From NCBI GenBank assembly GCA_045644945.1, contig JAZRHU010000042.1, positions 44,314-108,313 on the forward strand: 64,000 nucleotides of DNA. Reading direction: 5' to 3'. Under the pieces are notes generated by a model. That model did not search any database and was not told the DNA's origin. It was given only the letters and a program-made list of their open reading frames with translations. Shown one piece after another: positions 9,516 to 18,032 of the stretch. Source of the stretch: Candidatus Fimimonas sp. (GTDB lineage Bacteria; Bacillota; Clostridia; Christensenellales; CAG-314). Each line of letters begins with the position of its first letter. The first letter of the stretch is position 1. Position numbers and translations under genes: made by a program.

Positions 9516-9536
9516 CTTATTATGTTTGTCATAGTA
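9516..9536 (-). repeat. Box A copy 1. Exact 21-mer CTTATTATGTTTGTCATAGTA (gene orientation TACTATGACAAACATAATAAG), upstream of ytfI.
   Basis: Identical to 17694-17714. A TGCATACAA box (9490-9498, minus orientation) lies 17 nt downstream in gene orientation. Confidence 0.9.
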
Positions 9537-9583
9537 CTATATAGATGGGCCGATTCTGCCAATATATAATGTTTTAGGCAAAG

Positions 9584-9617
9584 AAAAACGCCCGATTTTC
9601 GTTATCGGACGTTTTTA
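9584..9617 (-). terminator. Intrinsic terminator downstream of the HAD-IIA gene; the hairpin looks bidirectional.
   Basis: Stem CGCCCGAT (9589-9596) / ATCGGACG (9604-9611). It is flanked by an A-run on one side and a T-run on the other. Confidence 0.6.
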
Positions 9618-9728
9618 TCATTAAAATTTTGATTCAATTTTATTAGGGTTTTTCAGGGCAAAATTAGCATCAAATACCTAATTCCAATCGTTTCGCTTGC
9701 ACCGAATTCGCAACAACACATGCCACTT

Positions 9729-10508
9729 TTACTCGGCAATATCTCCTACGCCATTCAAAATTAGGCGTGGTTGATAAGGATACTTTGCAACAATTTCCAA
9801 AGTGGATACACCACTCAAAACAAGGATTGGATCAAGTCCACTTTCCAAGGCACCAACGATATCCGTATCCATTCTGTCTCCAATCATTGCGACATCAGCT
9901 GAGTGAATGCCACGCTTGTGGAAAGAGTTCATAGCAGCTCGCATCATAAGCGGATTGGGCTTTCCTACATAGTAGGCCGTACGATTAGTAGCATATTCTA
10001 CAGGGGCAACAAGCGCCTTGCAAGCTGGCACTTCGCCGTGCTCCGTTGGGGTTGTTATGTCTGCATTTGTGCCAATCAATTTCGCACCATTGTTTACAAG
10101 CACCGTTGCGCGCTTGATATTTTCAAAATTGTAGTTTTGTGTTTCGCCAATAACCACATACTCTGGATCTACATCGTTAAGAGCAATTCCCACTTGATAA
10201 AGAGCATTTGTCAAACCTGCATCGCCAATTACATAGGCACTTTTTGCCCCTTGGCTTTGCAAAAAACTTGCGGTTGCCATGGCAGCAGTATAAAAATGAT
10301 GTTCACCAACTTCCAAACCCATACGAGAGAGCTTTTGAGCCAACTCCTTGGGAGATTTTTGGCTATTGTTAGTCAAAAATAGAAATGCTTTGTTATTATC
10401 GCGCAACCACTCAACAAATTCTTTTGCGCCAGGCAAAAGCTTGTTACCATGGTAAATTACGCCATCCATATCACAAATATAACCTTTTTTATTACGTAGT
10501 TTTTCCAT
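9729..10508 (-). CDS. HAD-superfamily subfamily IIA hydrolase (NagD/YutF-like sugar-phosphate phosphatase).
   Basis: 259 aa. DMDGVIYHG is the DxDG nucleophile motif. LTNNS and GDRMDTDI are HAD-IIA blocks. Confidence 0.85.
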   Translation of the reverse strand: MEKLRNKKGYICDMDGVIYHGNKLLPGAKEFVEWLRDNNKAFLFLTNNSQKSPKELAQKLSRMGLEVGEHHFYTAAMATASFLQSQGAKSAYVIGDAGLTNALYQVGIALNDVDPEYVVIGETQNYNFENIKRATVLVNNGAKLIGTNADITTPTEHGEVPACKALVAPVEYATNRTAYYVGKPNPLMMRAAMNSFHKRGIHSADVAMIGDRMDTDIVGALESGLDPILVLSGVSTLEIVAKYPYQPRLILNGVGDIAE

Positions 10509-10562
10509 TTTATATCCTCCTTTAGGTCTTTCATTCAGTAGTATTAATATCGACCATTCTGC

Positions 10563-11000
10563 CTACAAAAATTTGCACTTAGATTTGAAGTTGGTTGTAT
10601 CTTTGTAGCCAAGTTTACCATAGAAGTGTTCGTGCATATTGTCGTTTACCGCAAACAATTGCACCATTGCCGCTCCAAGTTGCTTCACTCGATTTTCCAA
10701 CTCTAACATCATCTTTGTGCCAAAGCCGCGATTTTGATACTCGCTTGCAACAACAATCTCCACAAGATTGTACGCAGTCAAGTCGTAGAACGTTTCAAAG
10801 CGCCCCATCGCAAAACCCACAACACAATTATCGCTTTCGCCAATCATGCAGTAGGAGTCTGGGCTACCCAAAACTTGCCAAATTCGCCGATAAACAAGTT
10901 CATCCGTCCATTGGTCGCCAAGACCATTCCAATATTGTATAAAAAGAGGAATAACCTTGTGGATATCCTCTTTTTGCATCTGTCTATATGTAATATTCAT
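10563..11000 (-). CDS. GNAT family N-acetyltransferase.
   Basis: Acetyl-CoA motif A: VASEYQNRGFGTKMMLELE. I moved the start to ATG 11000 (MNITYRQMQKEDI). Confidence 0.75.
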   Translation of the reverse strand: MNITYRQMQKEDIHKVIPLFIQYWNGLGDQWTDELVYRRIWQVLGSPDSYCMIGESDNCVVGFAMGRFETFYDLTAYNLVEIVVASEYQNRGFGTKMMLELENRVKQLGAAMVQLFAVNDNMHEHFYGKLGYKDTTNFKSKCKFL

Positions 11001-11050
11001 AATATACCTTTGATTTTTACTGCAAAGCAATTTGCAATCAAACCCATATA

Positions 11051-11689
11051 CTACTCGATAACCTCTACCTTTTCGCCAACAAGGAAGTCTGGAACTTCGT
11101 TTACTTGGTCGAACATTGGCTTTTCTACCGATGTAACACCTGCCGCAAGGCCATCGGAGATTTCCTTGAGCTTTTCGAGGAACACATCGTAGTCTGGCAA
11201 ATCAGTAACCTCGCTAATAGAGAAGCGCTTTAGGAAATCATCCGTTGTTCCAAACAACAAGGGTTTACCAATTGTGTCTTTACGTCCCACAATTTCGATC
11301 ATACCAAGGCGCATCAAGTTTTGAACAGCGTATGTACAATCAACCGCACGAATTTCCTCAATTTCGATACGAGTGATTGGTTGTTTGTAGGCAACAATTG
11401 CAAGAGTCTCCAACATGGCGTTTGTAAGTTCTCTTTCCTTGATGGGATTTAAAACAGCTTCCACTTGCTTTACGTAGTCAGGATTGGAAGCAAATTGAAT
11501 TTTTTTGTTAAAGCGCAAGAGGTGGATTCCACTCTCGCCACTGTATTGCTTCATCAATTCGTCCAATGCTTCGCTATATTGTTTACCTGTAATTTCCAAC
11601 TTTTCTCTAATGAAGGATTCTTCAACAGGTTTGCCGGAAACAAACAAGATTGATTCGATAATTTTACTCAACTTGCTCATCGTATTCAT
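11051..11689 (-). CDS. scpB: Segregation and condensation protein B.
   Basis: 212 aa. IIESILFVSGKPV, LETLAIVAYKQPITRIEIEEIRAVDC and LMRLGMIEIVGR are ScpB winged-helix blocks. It lies downstream of scpA. Confidence 0.9.
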   Translation of the reverse strand: MNTMSKLSKIIESILFVSGKPVEESFIREKLEITGKQYSEALDELMKQYSGESGIHLLRFNKKIQFASNPDYVKQVEAVLNPIKERELTNAMLETLAIVAYKQPITRIEIEEIRAVDCTYAVQNLMRLGMIEIVGRKDTIGKPLLFGTTDDFLKRFSISEVTDLPDYDVFLEKLKEISDGLAAGVTSVEKPMFDQVNEVPDFLVGEKVEVIE

Positions 11690-12479
11690 CTCCTACTCTG
11701 ATATCAATATTTTCGATATCACCCTTCTTGTGGATGATAACTTCTTCAAACAAGCCATTTTGCTCAACGCTGATAGCTTGAAGCTTCAAAAGTTCCAAAA
11801 CGGCCATAAATGTTGTGATAATTTCGTTTTTGCTTGCATCAACTGCAAACAAGTCAACAAATTTAAAGTGGTCTTCATTACGTAGTACCTCGCGAATGAG
11901 CGCGATCTTGGAACTAACAGAAAAGTTTTCCTTTGTGATAGCTCTAGACACATTTTCTACTTGTGCCTTTACTTGCATTTTAGCCAAAAATTTGCTAAAT
12001 GCCGTCATAAAGCCCTCAAGGGAAAGACTATCTTTCAAGACAGACACTTCCTTGCCTACAGAACTATCTGGTTCACGATAGAAACGATTGACATTTTCCT
12101 GCGTTTTGAGCTCAGTAACAACTTCTTTGAATAGTTTGTACTCTTCAAGTTGACGAATCAACAACTGCTCTGGACTTTCCTCATCTTCGTCAAGACCTGG
12201 CAAAACAGGCAACAAAGCGCGCGATTTGATTTCCAAAAGCGTTGCAGACATTGCCATGTACTCGCTTGCTTGATCCACGTCCAATTTGGATACTTGGTCC
12301 ATGTATTGCAAGAATTGCTCAGTAACTTGGGACACAAAGATATCCTTGATTTCAATCTTGTTTTCCTTTACAAGGGCCAAAAGCAAATCCAACGGGCCGG
12401 AAAAATTGGCAAGGTCCAACTTGAGCGTATCTTTTTGCTCGTCAAATATATATTCTTGTTGATATTGTTGTTCGTCCAT
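11664..12479 (-). CDS. scpA: Segregation and condensation protein A (kleisin).
   Basis: FSGPLDLLLALVKENKIEIKDIFVSQVTEQFLQY is the ScpA N-terminal signature. I moved the start to ATG 12479, which forms a TAATG overlap with the upstream stop. Confidence 0.9.
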   Translation of the reverse strand: MDEQQYQQEYIFDEQKDTLKLDLANFSGPLDLLLALVKENKIEIKDIFVSQVTEQFLQYMDQVSKLDVDQASEYMAMSATLLEIKSRALLPVLPGLDEDEESPEQLLIRQLEEYKLFKEVVTELKTQENVNRFYREPDSSVGKEVSVLKDSLSLEGFMTAFSKFLAKMQVKAQVENVSRAITKENFSVSSKIALIREVLRNEDHFKFVDLFAVDASKNEIITTFMAVLELLKLQAISVEQNGLFEEVIIHKKGDIENIDIRVGDEYDEQVE

Positions 12480-13189
12480 TATACAAATAGCCCCCAAAAG
12501 TTCTCAAATGCGCCCAAAATGACGCCACCAAGTTTGCCAATATACCAATCAAATGGCGAAAAACCCGCCATAAATGGCAAACGATCCAAAAGCAACAGAG
12601 CAAGCATGATATACAAGCTGTATTTTCTGAGTGCAGCCATAGCTGGTTTGCGTTCGTCCACAAAGCAAGAAAGCAATCTGTAACCATCAAGTGGGTACAA
12701 TGGCAACAAATTGAACAATGCGAAGTTAACATTCAGCATGGATGTATAGACGCCAACTGCATACAAAAAGTAGACAACATAATAGCTTGCTTCGCCTTTT
12801 GCTACAGGAATAAGCACCATAAATACCGACAATGCACTAAACAAAAATGCCAAAATCAAGTTTGTAACAATTCCCGCAAGTGAAACGGTAAAAGCACCAA
12901 CTTTGCGATTTTTGAAGTTATTTGGATTTACTGGAACGGGCTTTGCCCAACCAAAACCTACAAACAACATCATTAGCAAACCGATGATATCAAAGTGCTT
13001 TGCAGGGTTCAAGGAAAGTCGGCCATAGTATTTTGCAGTGATATCACCATTCCAATAGGCAACCAATCCATGAGCAATTTCGTGAAGCACCAAAGCCATC
13101 AAAAGCGCCACAATAAACGCGATGGTTTCCAACAAACTTTCGCGAGTAACGCCGGAATATTCATTTGTTAAAATTCTGATAATTGTCAT
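12479..13189 (-). CDS. Site-2 protease family (peptidase M50) membrane metalloprotease.
   Basis: 236 aa, polytopic. HExxH = HEIAHGL. The second zinc-ligand block is NLLPLYPLDGYRL. Confidence 0.85.
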   Translation of the reverse strand: MTIIRILTNEYSGVTRESLLETIAFIVALLMALVLHEIAHGLVAYWNGDITAKYYGRLSLNPAKHFDIIGLLMMLFVGFGWAKPVPVNPNNFKNRKVGAFTVSLAGIVTNLILAFLFSALSVFMVLIPVAKGEASYYVVYFLYAVGVYTSMLNVNFALFNLLPLYPLDGYRLLSCFVDERKPAMAALRKYSLYIMLALLLLDRLPFMAGFSPFDWYIGKLGGVILGAFENFWGLFV

Positions 13190-13446
13190 AGTAACATTCT
13201 ACCAAATTGTAGCCTCAAAGTCAATAAAAATCGCAAGTTTGTGATGCTATATAATATATATTAACAAAATTCATTTAATAAATGCTGAAAACGCTGTTTT
13301 GTGAGAATCAACAATTATTGCAATCTAGATATAATCACTAGCTCACCAAGATCAAAATTTCGGCAAATACTCTAATAAATCAGAAACCGCAAGGAAACAA
13401 TCCTTGCAGTTTCAAACAACAATATTTTTGTTACAAAATTTTCATA

Positions 13447-14580
13447 TTATTTGGACGTTACAATCTTTTGAACATATTCCCAGTAGGATTTAGCTTCAAC
13501 ATCACACATTGCAATCAAATTTACCGACTTAAAAATACCGCCATCTTCGTCAATCAAGTGTGCTTGACCCACAACATCGCCCTTAGATATTGGAGCTTTG
13601 ACGTTCTGCGGAAGATCAACTTGCAACGTGTAGCTACTACTACCCTTTTTGCCAAATGCAACAAGTTTTTTGCATGGTGCAACCTCAACACAACTTTGTT
13701 TGCCACCGTCAACGGAAACTTGATGAGTGTCCTTTGTGGACATGTAAACGCTACTTTGATAGTTAGCAAATGCATAGTTAAACATGTCACTTACCTCTTT
13801 GAAACGAGTTTGACTATCTTTTGCGCCAATAACAACAGCAACAACTCGTGTATCGCCACGTTTTGCGGTTGCGGCCAAGCAATGTTGAGCCTCGCAAGTG
13901 TAACCAGTTTTGCCACCATCGCATCCTTGATAAAACCGCACAAGCTTGTTTGTGTTGGTCATGCCGGTAATCCTGCCTGATGGATGGACAAAATCTTCCA
14001 TCCAAATGTTAGAACAACTAAAGTAATGTGGCTGATTGATTAGGCGCAAAAACATTTGAGCAACGTCTTTCGCACAAGAAAATTGACTAACAGCCGGCAA
14101 ACCTGTACAGTTTTCGAAATGAGTCGCCACAAGACCATATTCACGGCACTTGTTATTCATCATTTCCACAAAACTTTCTACACTTCCACTTACATGCTCC
14201 GCCATTGCAACACAACTATCGTTTGCAGAACAAACAATGATAGACTTGATAAGTTCGTTTACTTTGTAGGCGCCATTTGCCTCCAAAAACACTTGCGAAC
14301 CACCCATACCTGCCGCACGACTGCTTACCACTACTATATCATCCAAGGCTATTTTTCCATTGTCAATAGCGTCATAGATACACAATAATGTCATAATTTT
14401 TGTCATACTGGCAATGGGACGTTTCTCTAGAGCATTGTGTTCTTGCAAAACTTGACCATCTTCGCTTACCAAAATACCTTCGCGCGCAGTGATCGCTACA
14501 CCATCCGCGCATACAGATACCGGTAGAATTGCTAATACCAAAAGCAAAATGCTAATAAAAATCCAAATTTGTTTTTTCAT
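13447..14580 (-). CDS. Serine-type D-Ala-D-Ala carboxypeptidase (DacF/DacB-like).
   Basis: Signal peptide MKKQIWIFISILLLVLAILPVSVCA. SxxK = ASMTKIMT, SxN = CSAND, KTG = GKTGYT. Start at ATG 14580 with an AAGGAG SD. Its position next to deoB matches the Bacillus dacF region. Confidence 0.85.
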   Translation of the reverse strand: MKKQIWIFISILLLVLAILPVSVCADGVAITAREGILVSEDGQVLQEHNALEKRPIASMTKIMTLLCIYDAIDNGKIALDDIVVVSSRAAGMGGSQVFLEANGAYKVNELIKSIIVCSANDSCVAMAEHVSGSVESFVEMMNNKCREYGLVATHFENCTGLPAVSQFSCAKDVAQMFLRLINQPHYFSCSNIWMEDFVHPSGRITGMTNTNKLVRFYQGCDGGKTGYTCEAQHCLAATAKRGDTRVVAVVIGAKDSQTRFKEVSDMFNYAFANYQSSVYMSTKDTHQVSVDGGKQSCVEVAPCKKLVAFGKKGSSSYTLQVDLPQNVKAPISKGDVVGQAHLIDEDGGIFKSVNLIAMCDVEAKSYWEYVQKIVTSK

Positions 14581-14697
14581 AACAAATCTCCTTGACTTTT
14601 TTGTTAGTATTTGCAAATGATGCCCAAATATACTAAAAAACACCTTGAATAGTCAATTTCAAGGTGTTTTCGTATCAGATAATAAATTTTGCAGATT

Positions 14698-15849
14698 TTA
14701 TCTTGTGATCTTTTCCCAAACGGACTTTGGAGCATTTTCGTCAATGCCAAGTTGCGCCTTGATTGTGTCAGCAATTACATCAAAGCCCTCCATTGTGCCC
14801 AAGTTTGTTGGGATGACATCTGCGCCATACACAAGAAGTGGAACATACTCACGAGTGTGGTCGGTGTGCACTGTGTGAGTTGGGTCGCAACCATGGTCTC
14901 CTGTGATATACAATACGTCATCGTGCTTGAGCAATTTTACAAGTTCGCCAACCTTTGCATCAATTTCTTCCAATGCCTCAGCATAACCGAAAATGTCACG
15001 ACGGTGACCGAACTTCATGTCTGTATCAACAAGGTTCACAAACACGAGACCGTCAAATTTTTCCTTGGCAATTTCCAATGTTTTGTTGAGACCATCCAAA
15101 TTGCTTTCGGTGTGAATACAACGAGTCATGCCAATTCCGTTAAAAATGTACTCAATTTTGCCAACTGCAACACTTTCGAGACCGGCATTTTTAACATACT
15201 CAAGCAAAGTAACACCTGTTGGATCCAAGGAATAGTCTTTGCGTTCCGCTGTGCGAGCAAATGGGTAACTACCTGCAAATGGACGCGCAATAATACGTCC
15301 AACGCCGTAGTCGCCAGTGCAAAGCTTACGTGCCTTTTCGCACATGGTGTACAATTCCTCGATGGAATACTTGTCCATATGCACCGCTATTTGCAAAACG
15401 GAGTCAGCAGATGTGTAAACAACTGGGTAGCCAGTTTCTAGATGTTCGTTACCGTAGTCTTTGATAACTTCGGTACCACTATATGGCTTGTTGCACAAAA
15501 TTTTTGTGCCAAGTTCCGCTTCGAGCTTGTCTACAAATTCCTTAGGAAAACCATTAGGGAAAGTTGGCAATGGCTTGGATGTGATTACACCTGCCATTTC
15601 CCAGTGGCCAACGGTTGTATCCTTGCCCTTGGAAAGCTCCGACAATCTTGCATACGCACCGATTGGAGAACGATCATCGTTATAAGTGCCATCGATATTG
15701 TACAAACCCATGTCAGCAAGGTTTGGAATAGCCATTTCGTATGCTGAACGGACATTTTTTAGTGTGTTTGCACCAAAATCGCCATACTTTTTGCAATCTG
15801 GCATGGCACCAATGCCAAAACCATCAATAACTAAAATAAATGCTCTCAT
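14698..15849 (-). CDS. deoB: Phosphopentomutase.
   Basis: 383 aa. MRAFILVIDGFGIGAMPD, GKDTTVGHWEMAG and TGDHGCDPT are the metal-binding blocks of DeoB. Confidence 0.93.
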   Translation of the reverse strand: MRAFILVIDGFGIGAMPDCKKYGDFGANTLKNVRSAYEMAIPNLADMGLYNIDGTYNDDRSPIGAYARLSELSKGKDTTVGHWEMAGVITSKPLPTFPNGFPKEFVDKLEAELGTKILCNKPYSGTEVIKDYGNEHLETGYPVVYTSADSVLQIAVHMDKYSIEELYTMCEKARKLCTGDYGVGRIIARPFAGSYPFARTAERKDYSLDPTGVTLLEYVKNAGLESVAVGKIEYIFNGIGMTRCIHTESNLDGLNKTLEIAKEKFDGLVFVNLVDTDMKFGHRRDIFGYAEALEEIDAKVGELVKLLKHDDVLYITGDHGCDPTHTVHTDHTREYVPLLVYGADVIPTNLGTMEGFDVIADTIKAQLGIDENAPKSVWEKITR

Positions 15850-15929
15850 TTAGACCTCATAAAATTTGCCAAACATTCTGCAAATCCTTTTGTTTAGTAT
15901 ATTATAGCAAATTGGCGCTTTTTTAACAA

Positions 15930-16526
15930 TCAAATTGAAGCACAAATCGGGCGCAAGAATAAAAAAAGTAACAAGATTTTCAAACCGGATAACAACATTA
16001 CCGCAAAGAACGACTGTTTGCTATCGCTCCAAATTTCGCAATAAGATTTGCAGTAGTCAGTAGGATGACACACACTAAAGCATGGAATTAGTAAAATAAT
16101 TACCGATATTGTTGTGTAAAATATCAGAAATAGCACCGACAAAGCACCAATTAGCACAAACAAGCTTGCTAGGTGCGCTCCACAATAGATCCCTCCAACA
16201 AACAATGCAAGATAAGCTACTATTGCTAGGTGCTTGTGCATTTGCGAAATGTACAACAACAATACTAAAAATAACGTTTCAATCAGCAAAGATAACAATG
16301 TCGGGAAAAAGTTGCCACACAGCAAAAGCTCAACGTGATTGCAACGATTTGTATACCACAAACCATGCCGACAATTTGCGAAGATTACACATCCAACAAC
16401 AATCGACACCAATGCTAATAGCGCCGAAAGTGCAAATTTTAGTTTATTTAACGATATCCACAGGGTAAAATCTTCCCAATATTGCTTGATTTGTCTAAAA
16501 AAGCCCATATCAATTGATATGAGCAT
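15930..16526 (-). CDS. Integral membrane protein of unknown function. A SpoIIM-like role is possible from position and topology only.
   Basis: 198 aa with about 5 predicted TM helices and no diagnostic motif. It lies between deoB and spoIVB. Confidence 0.5.
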   Translation of the reverse strand: MLISIDMGFFRQIKQYWEDFTLWISLNKLKFALSALLALVSIVVGCVIFANCRHGLWYTNRCNHVELLLCGNFFPTLLSLLIETLFLVLLLYISQMHKHLAIVAYLALFVGGIYCGAHLASLFVLIGALSVLFLIFYTTISVIILLIPCFSVCHPTDYCKSYCEIWSDSKQSFFAVMLLSGLKILLLFLFLRPICASI

Positions 16527-16541
16527 TTAGAAAATTTTAGA

Positions 16542-17627
16542 CTAGTTGGTTAGCATCCATTTTGCATAAATACCATAACCACGAGTTGGATCGTTTACAA
16601 AAACGTGTGTAACTGCACCAACAAGTTTTCCATTTTGTACAATTGGACTACCCGACATGCCTTGCACTATTCCGCCAGTTTTATCAAGTAAATCCTTGTC
16701 GGTTACTTGTATGACCATTCCCTTGTCGTTGCAAGTTGTTTGGTAACTTGCTTTTACAATTTTTATATCGTATGCACGACGAATACCATCCTCAAACGTG
16801 CAGTATATTTGCGCAAAACCTGGCTGAATTTCGCAAATATCAGCAACATCAATCAAATCTGTGCAAAATTTTGGCATACTATCAAAGGTTCCATAGGCAC
16901 CAAATTTATTGTTTTTGTACAAATTACCCATTCGGGCATCGAATTGCAACGTACCTTTTAGCTCTCCCGCCGCACCTTGTCGGCCTTTTTTGATACCTTC
17001 GATATCGCATGCAAAAACACCGCCATTTGAGCACTTCACTATGTTGCCTTTAGCATCGCAAATGGGATGCCCAAGACTAGCAAAGGACAAGTTTTTGCGC
17101 ACATAGGTTAAAGTGCCAACACCACTAGAGGCATCACGCGTCCAAAGTCCCAGACGAAACGTTCCACTAGCCAAATCCTTGACGGGAGTGATTTGCTTTT
17201 CTAGGACTAGTCCATTGCGGATAAATTTGATCTTTGCACTTTTGCCTTTTATTTCTTTGGATACTTCAATCAATTTTTGCGAGGAGAAAATTTTATGGCC
17301 ATCCAACTCAATTATGGCATCACCAATGGTAATGCCGGCATTTTGTGCTGGACAGTAGAGTTTTCCATCTGTGCCAACAAACTCGTTTAGCCCCACGACA
17401 GTAACACCATCACCATCAATTGTTAGCCCCAAAGGATAACCACCAAGATACACTTGTTCGTTAACTTTACTTGACGTTTCAGGCACAAACAAATCTGTTA
17501 TATTTTCTCGAAAGTCATCAAAGTTTGTGCCATCAGCAAAAGCAATTTGACTTCCAAAACAAAGCATCAACGTTGCTACAATTATCAATATAAGAATGGA
17601 TAAAGCTAAAATTTTTTGCTTATTCAT
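16542..17627 (-). CDS. spoIVB: SpoIVB peptidase (S55), the stage IV sporulation signalling protease.
   Basis: N-terminal TM, a PDZ-like region (GITIGDAIIELDGHKI), and the catalytic block GMSGSPIVQNGKLVGAVTHVFVNDPTRGYGIY. Start at ATG 17627 (MNKQKILAL) behind a GAGGTG SD. Confidence 0.9.
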   Translation of the reverse strand: MNKQKILALSILILIIVATLMLCFGSQIAFADGTNFDDFRENITDLFVPETSSKVNEQVYLGGYPLGLTIDGDGVTVVGLNEFVGTDGKLYCPAQNAGITIGDAIIELDGHKIFSSQKLIEVSKEIKGKSAKIKFIRNGLVLEKQITPVKDLASGTFRLGLWTRDASSGVGTLTYVRKNLSFASLGHPICDAKGNIVKCSNGGVFACDIEGIKKGRQGAAGELKGTLQFDARMGNLYKNNKFGAYGTFDSMPKFCTDLIDVADICEIQPGFAQIYCTFEDGIRRAYDIKIVKASYQTTCNDKGMVIQVTDKDLLDKTGGIVQGMSGSPIVQNGKLVGAVTHVFVNDPTRGYGIYAKWMLTN

Positions 17628-17693
17628 AAACACCTCAAAAGTGTTTTTAGTTTGCGGAATTGGCAAAATTGTATGCATTTTAGCCGAAATTTA

Positions 17694-17714
17694 CTTATTA
17701 TGTTTGTCATAGTA
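17694..17714 (-). repeat. Box A copy 2. Exact 21-mer identical to 9516-9536, upstream of spoIVB.
   Basis: CTTATTATGTTTGTCATAGTA. A TGCATACAA box (17669-17677, minus orientation) lies 16 nt downstream in gene orientation. Confidence 0.9.
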
Positions 17715-17883
17715 ATCTAGAATTGCGCACATTTTAGTATTCAGTACTTCTAATATGAGAAAATTCCATACTTTTAGGTGCATTTTTGCAAAATAACAAA
17801 CAAAGCAATCGAGTCATATTTTGCCACTATAGCGTCGAATCAACTCAGCAAGAACCAGTGTCTACAGGATGAAAAATTGCGTT

Positions 17884-17917
17884 AAAAAAGCAAGACGACA
17901 AACTTTGTCATCTTGCT
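17884..17917 (-). terminator. Intrinsic terminator after smc.
   Basis: Stem AGCAAGACGACA (17889-17900) / TGTCATCTTGCT (17906-17917). The minus-strand T-run corresponds to the plus-strand A-run 17884-17889. Confidence 0.7.
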
Positions 17918-18032
17918 TTTATGCTAACTATTTAATTTTTAGCGCATAGATTTTGTCCATCTAAAAGCTTCATAGGCGGTCACATTGCCCAAGTATTCAA
18001 CTCCAGCAAAGTGTTAAATCTACCGCACTACA

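Noticed and set aside
9396-9530. Short ORFs starting inside Box A: MTNIISNFRYF... upstream of ytfI and MTNIISKFRLK... upstream of spoIVB.
   Set aside because: The shared first six codons are simply the shared 21-mer. The sequences diverge immediately afterwards, their lengths differ (about 45 and 28 codons), and no SD precedes the ATG. A DNA or RNA-level element is the simpler explanation.
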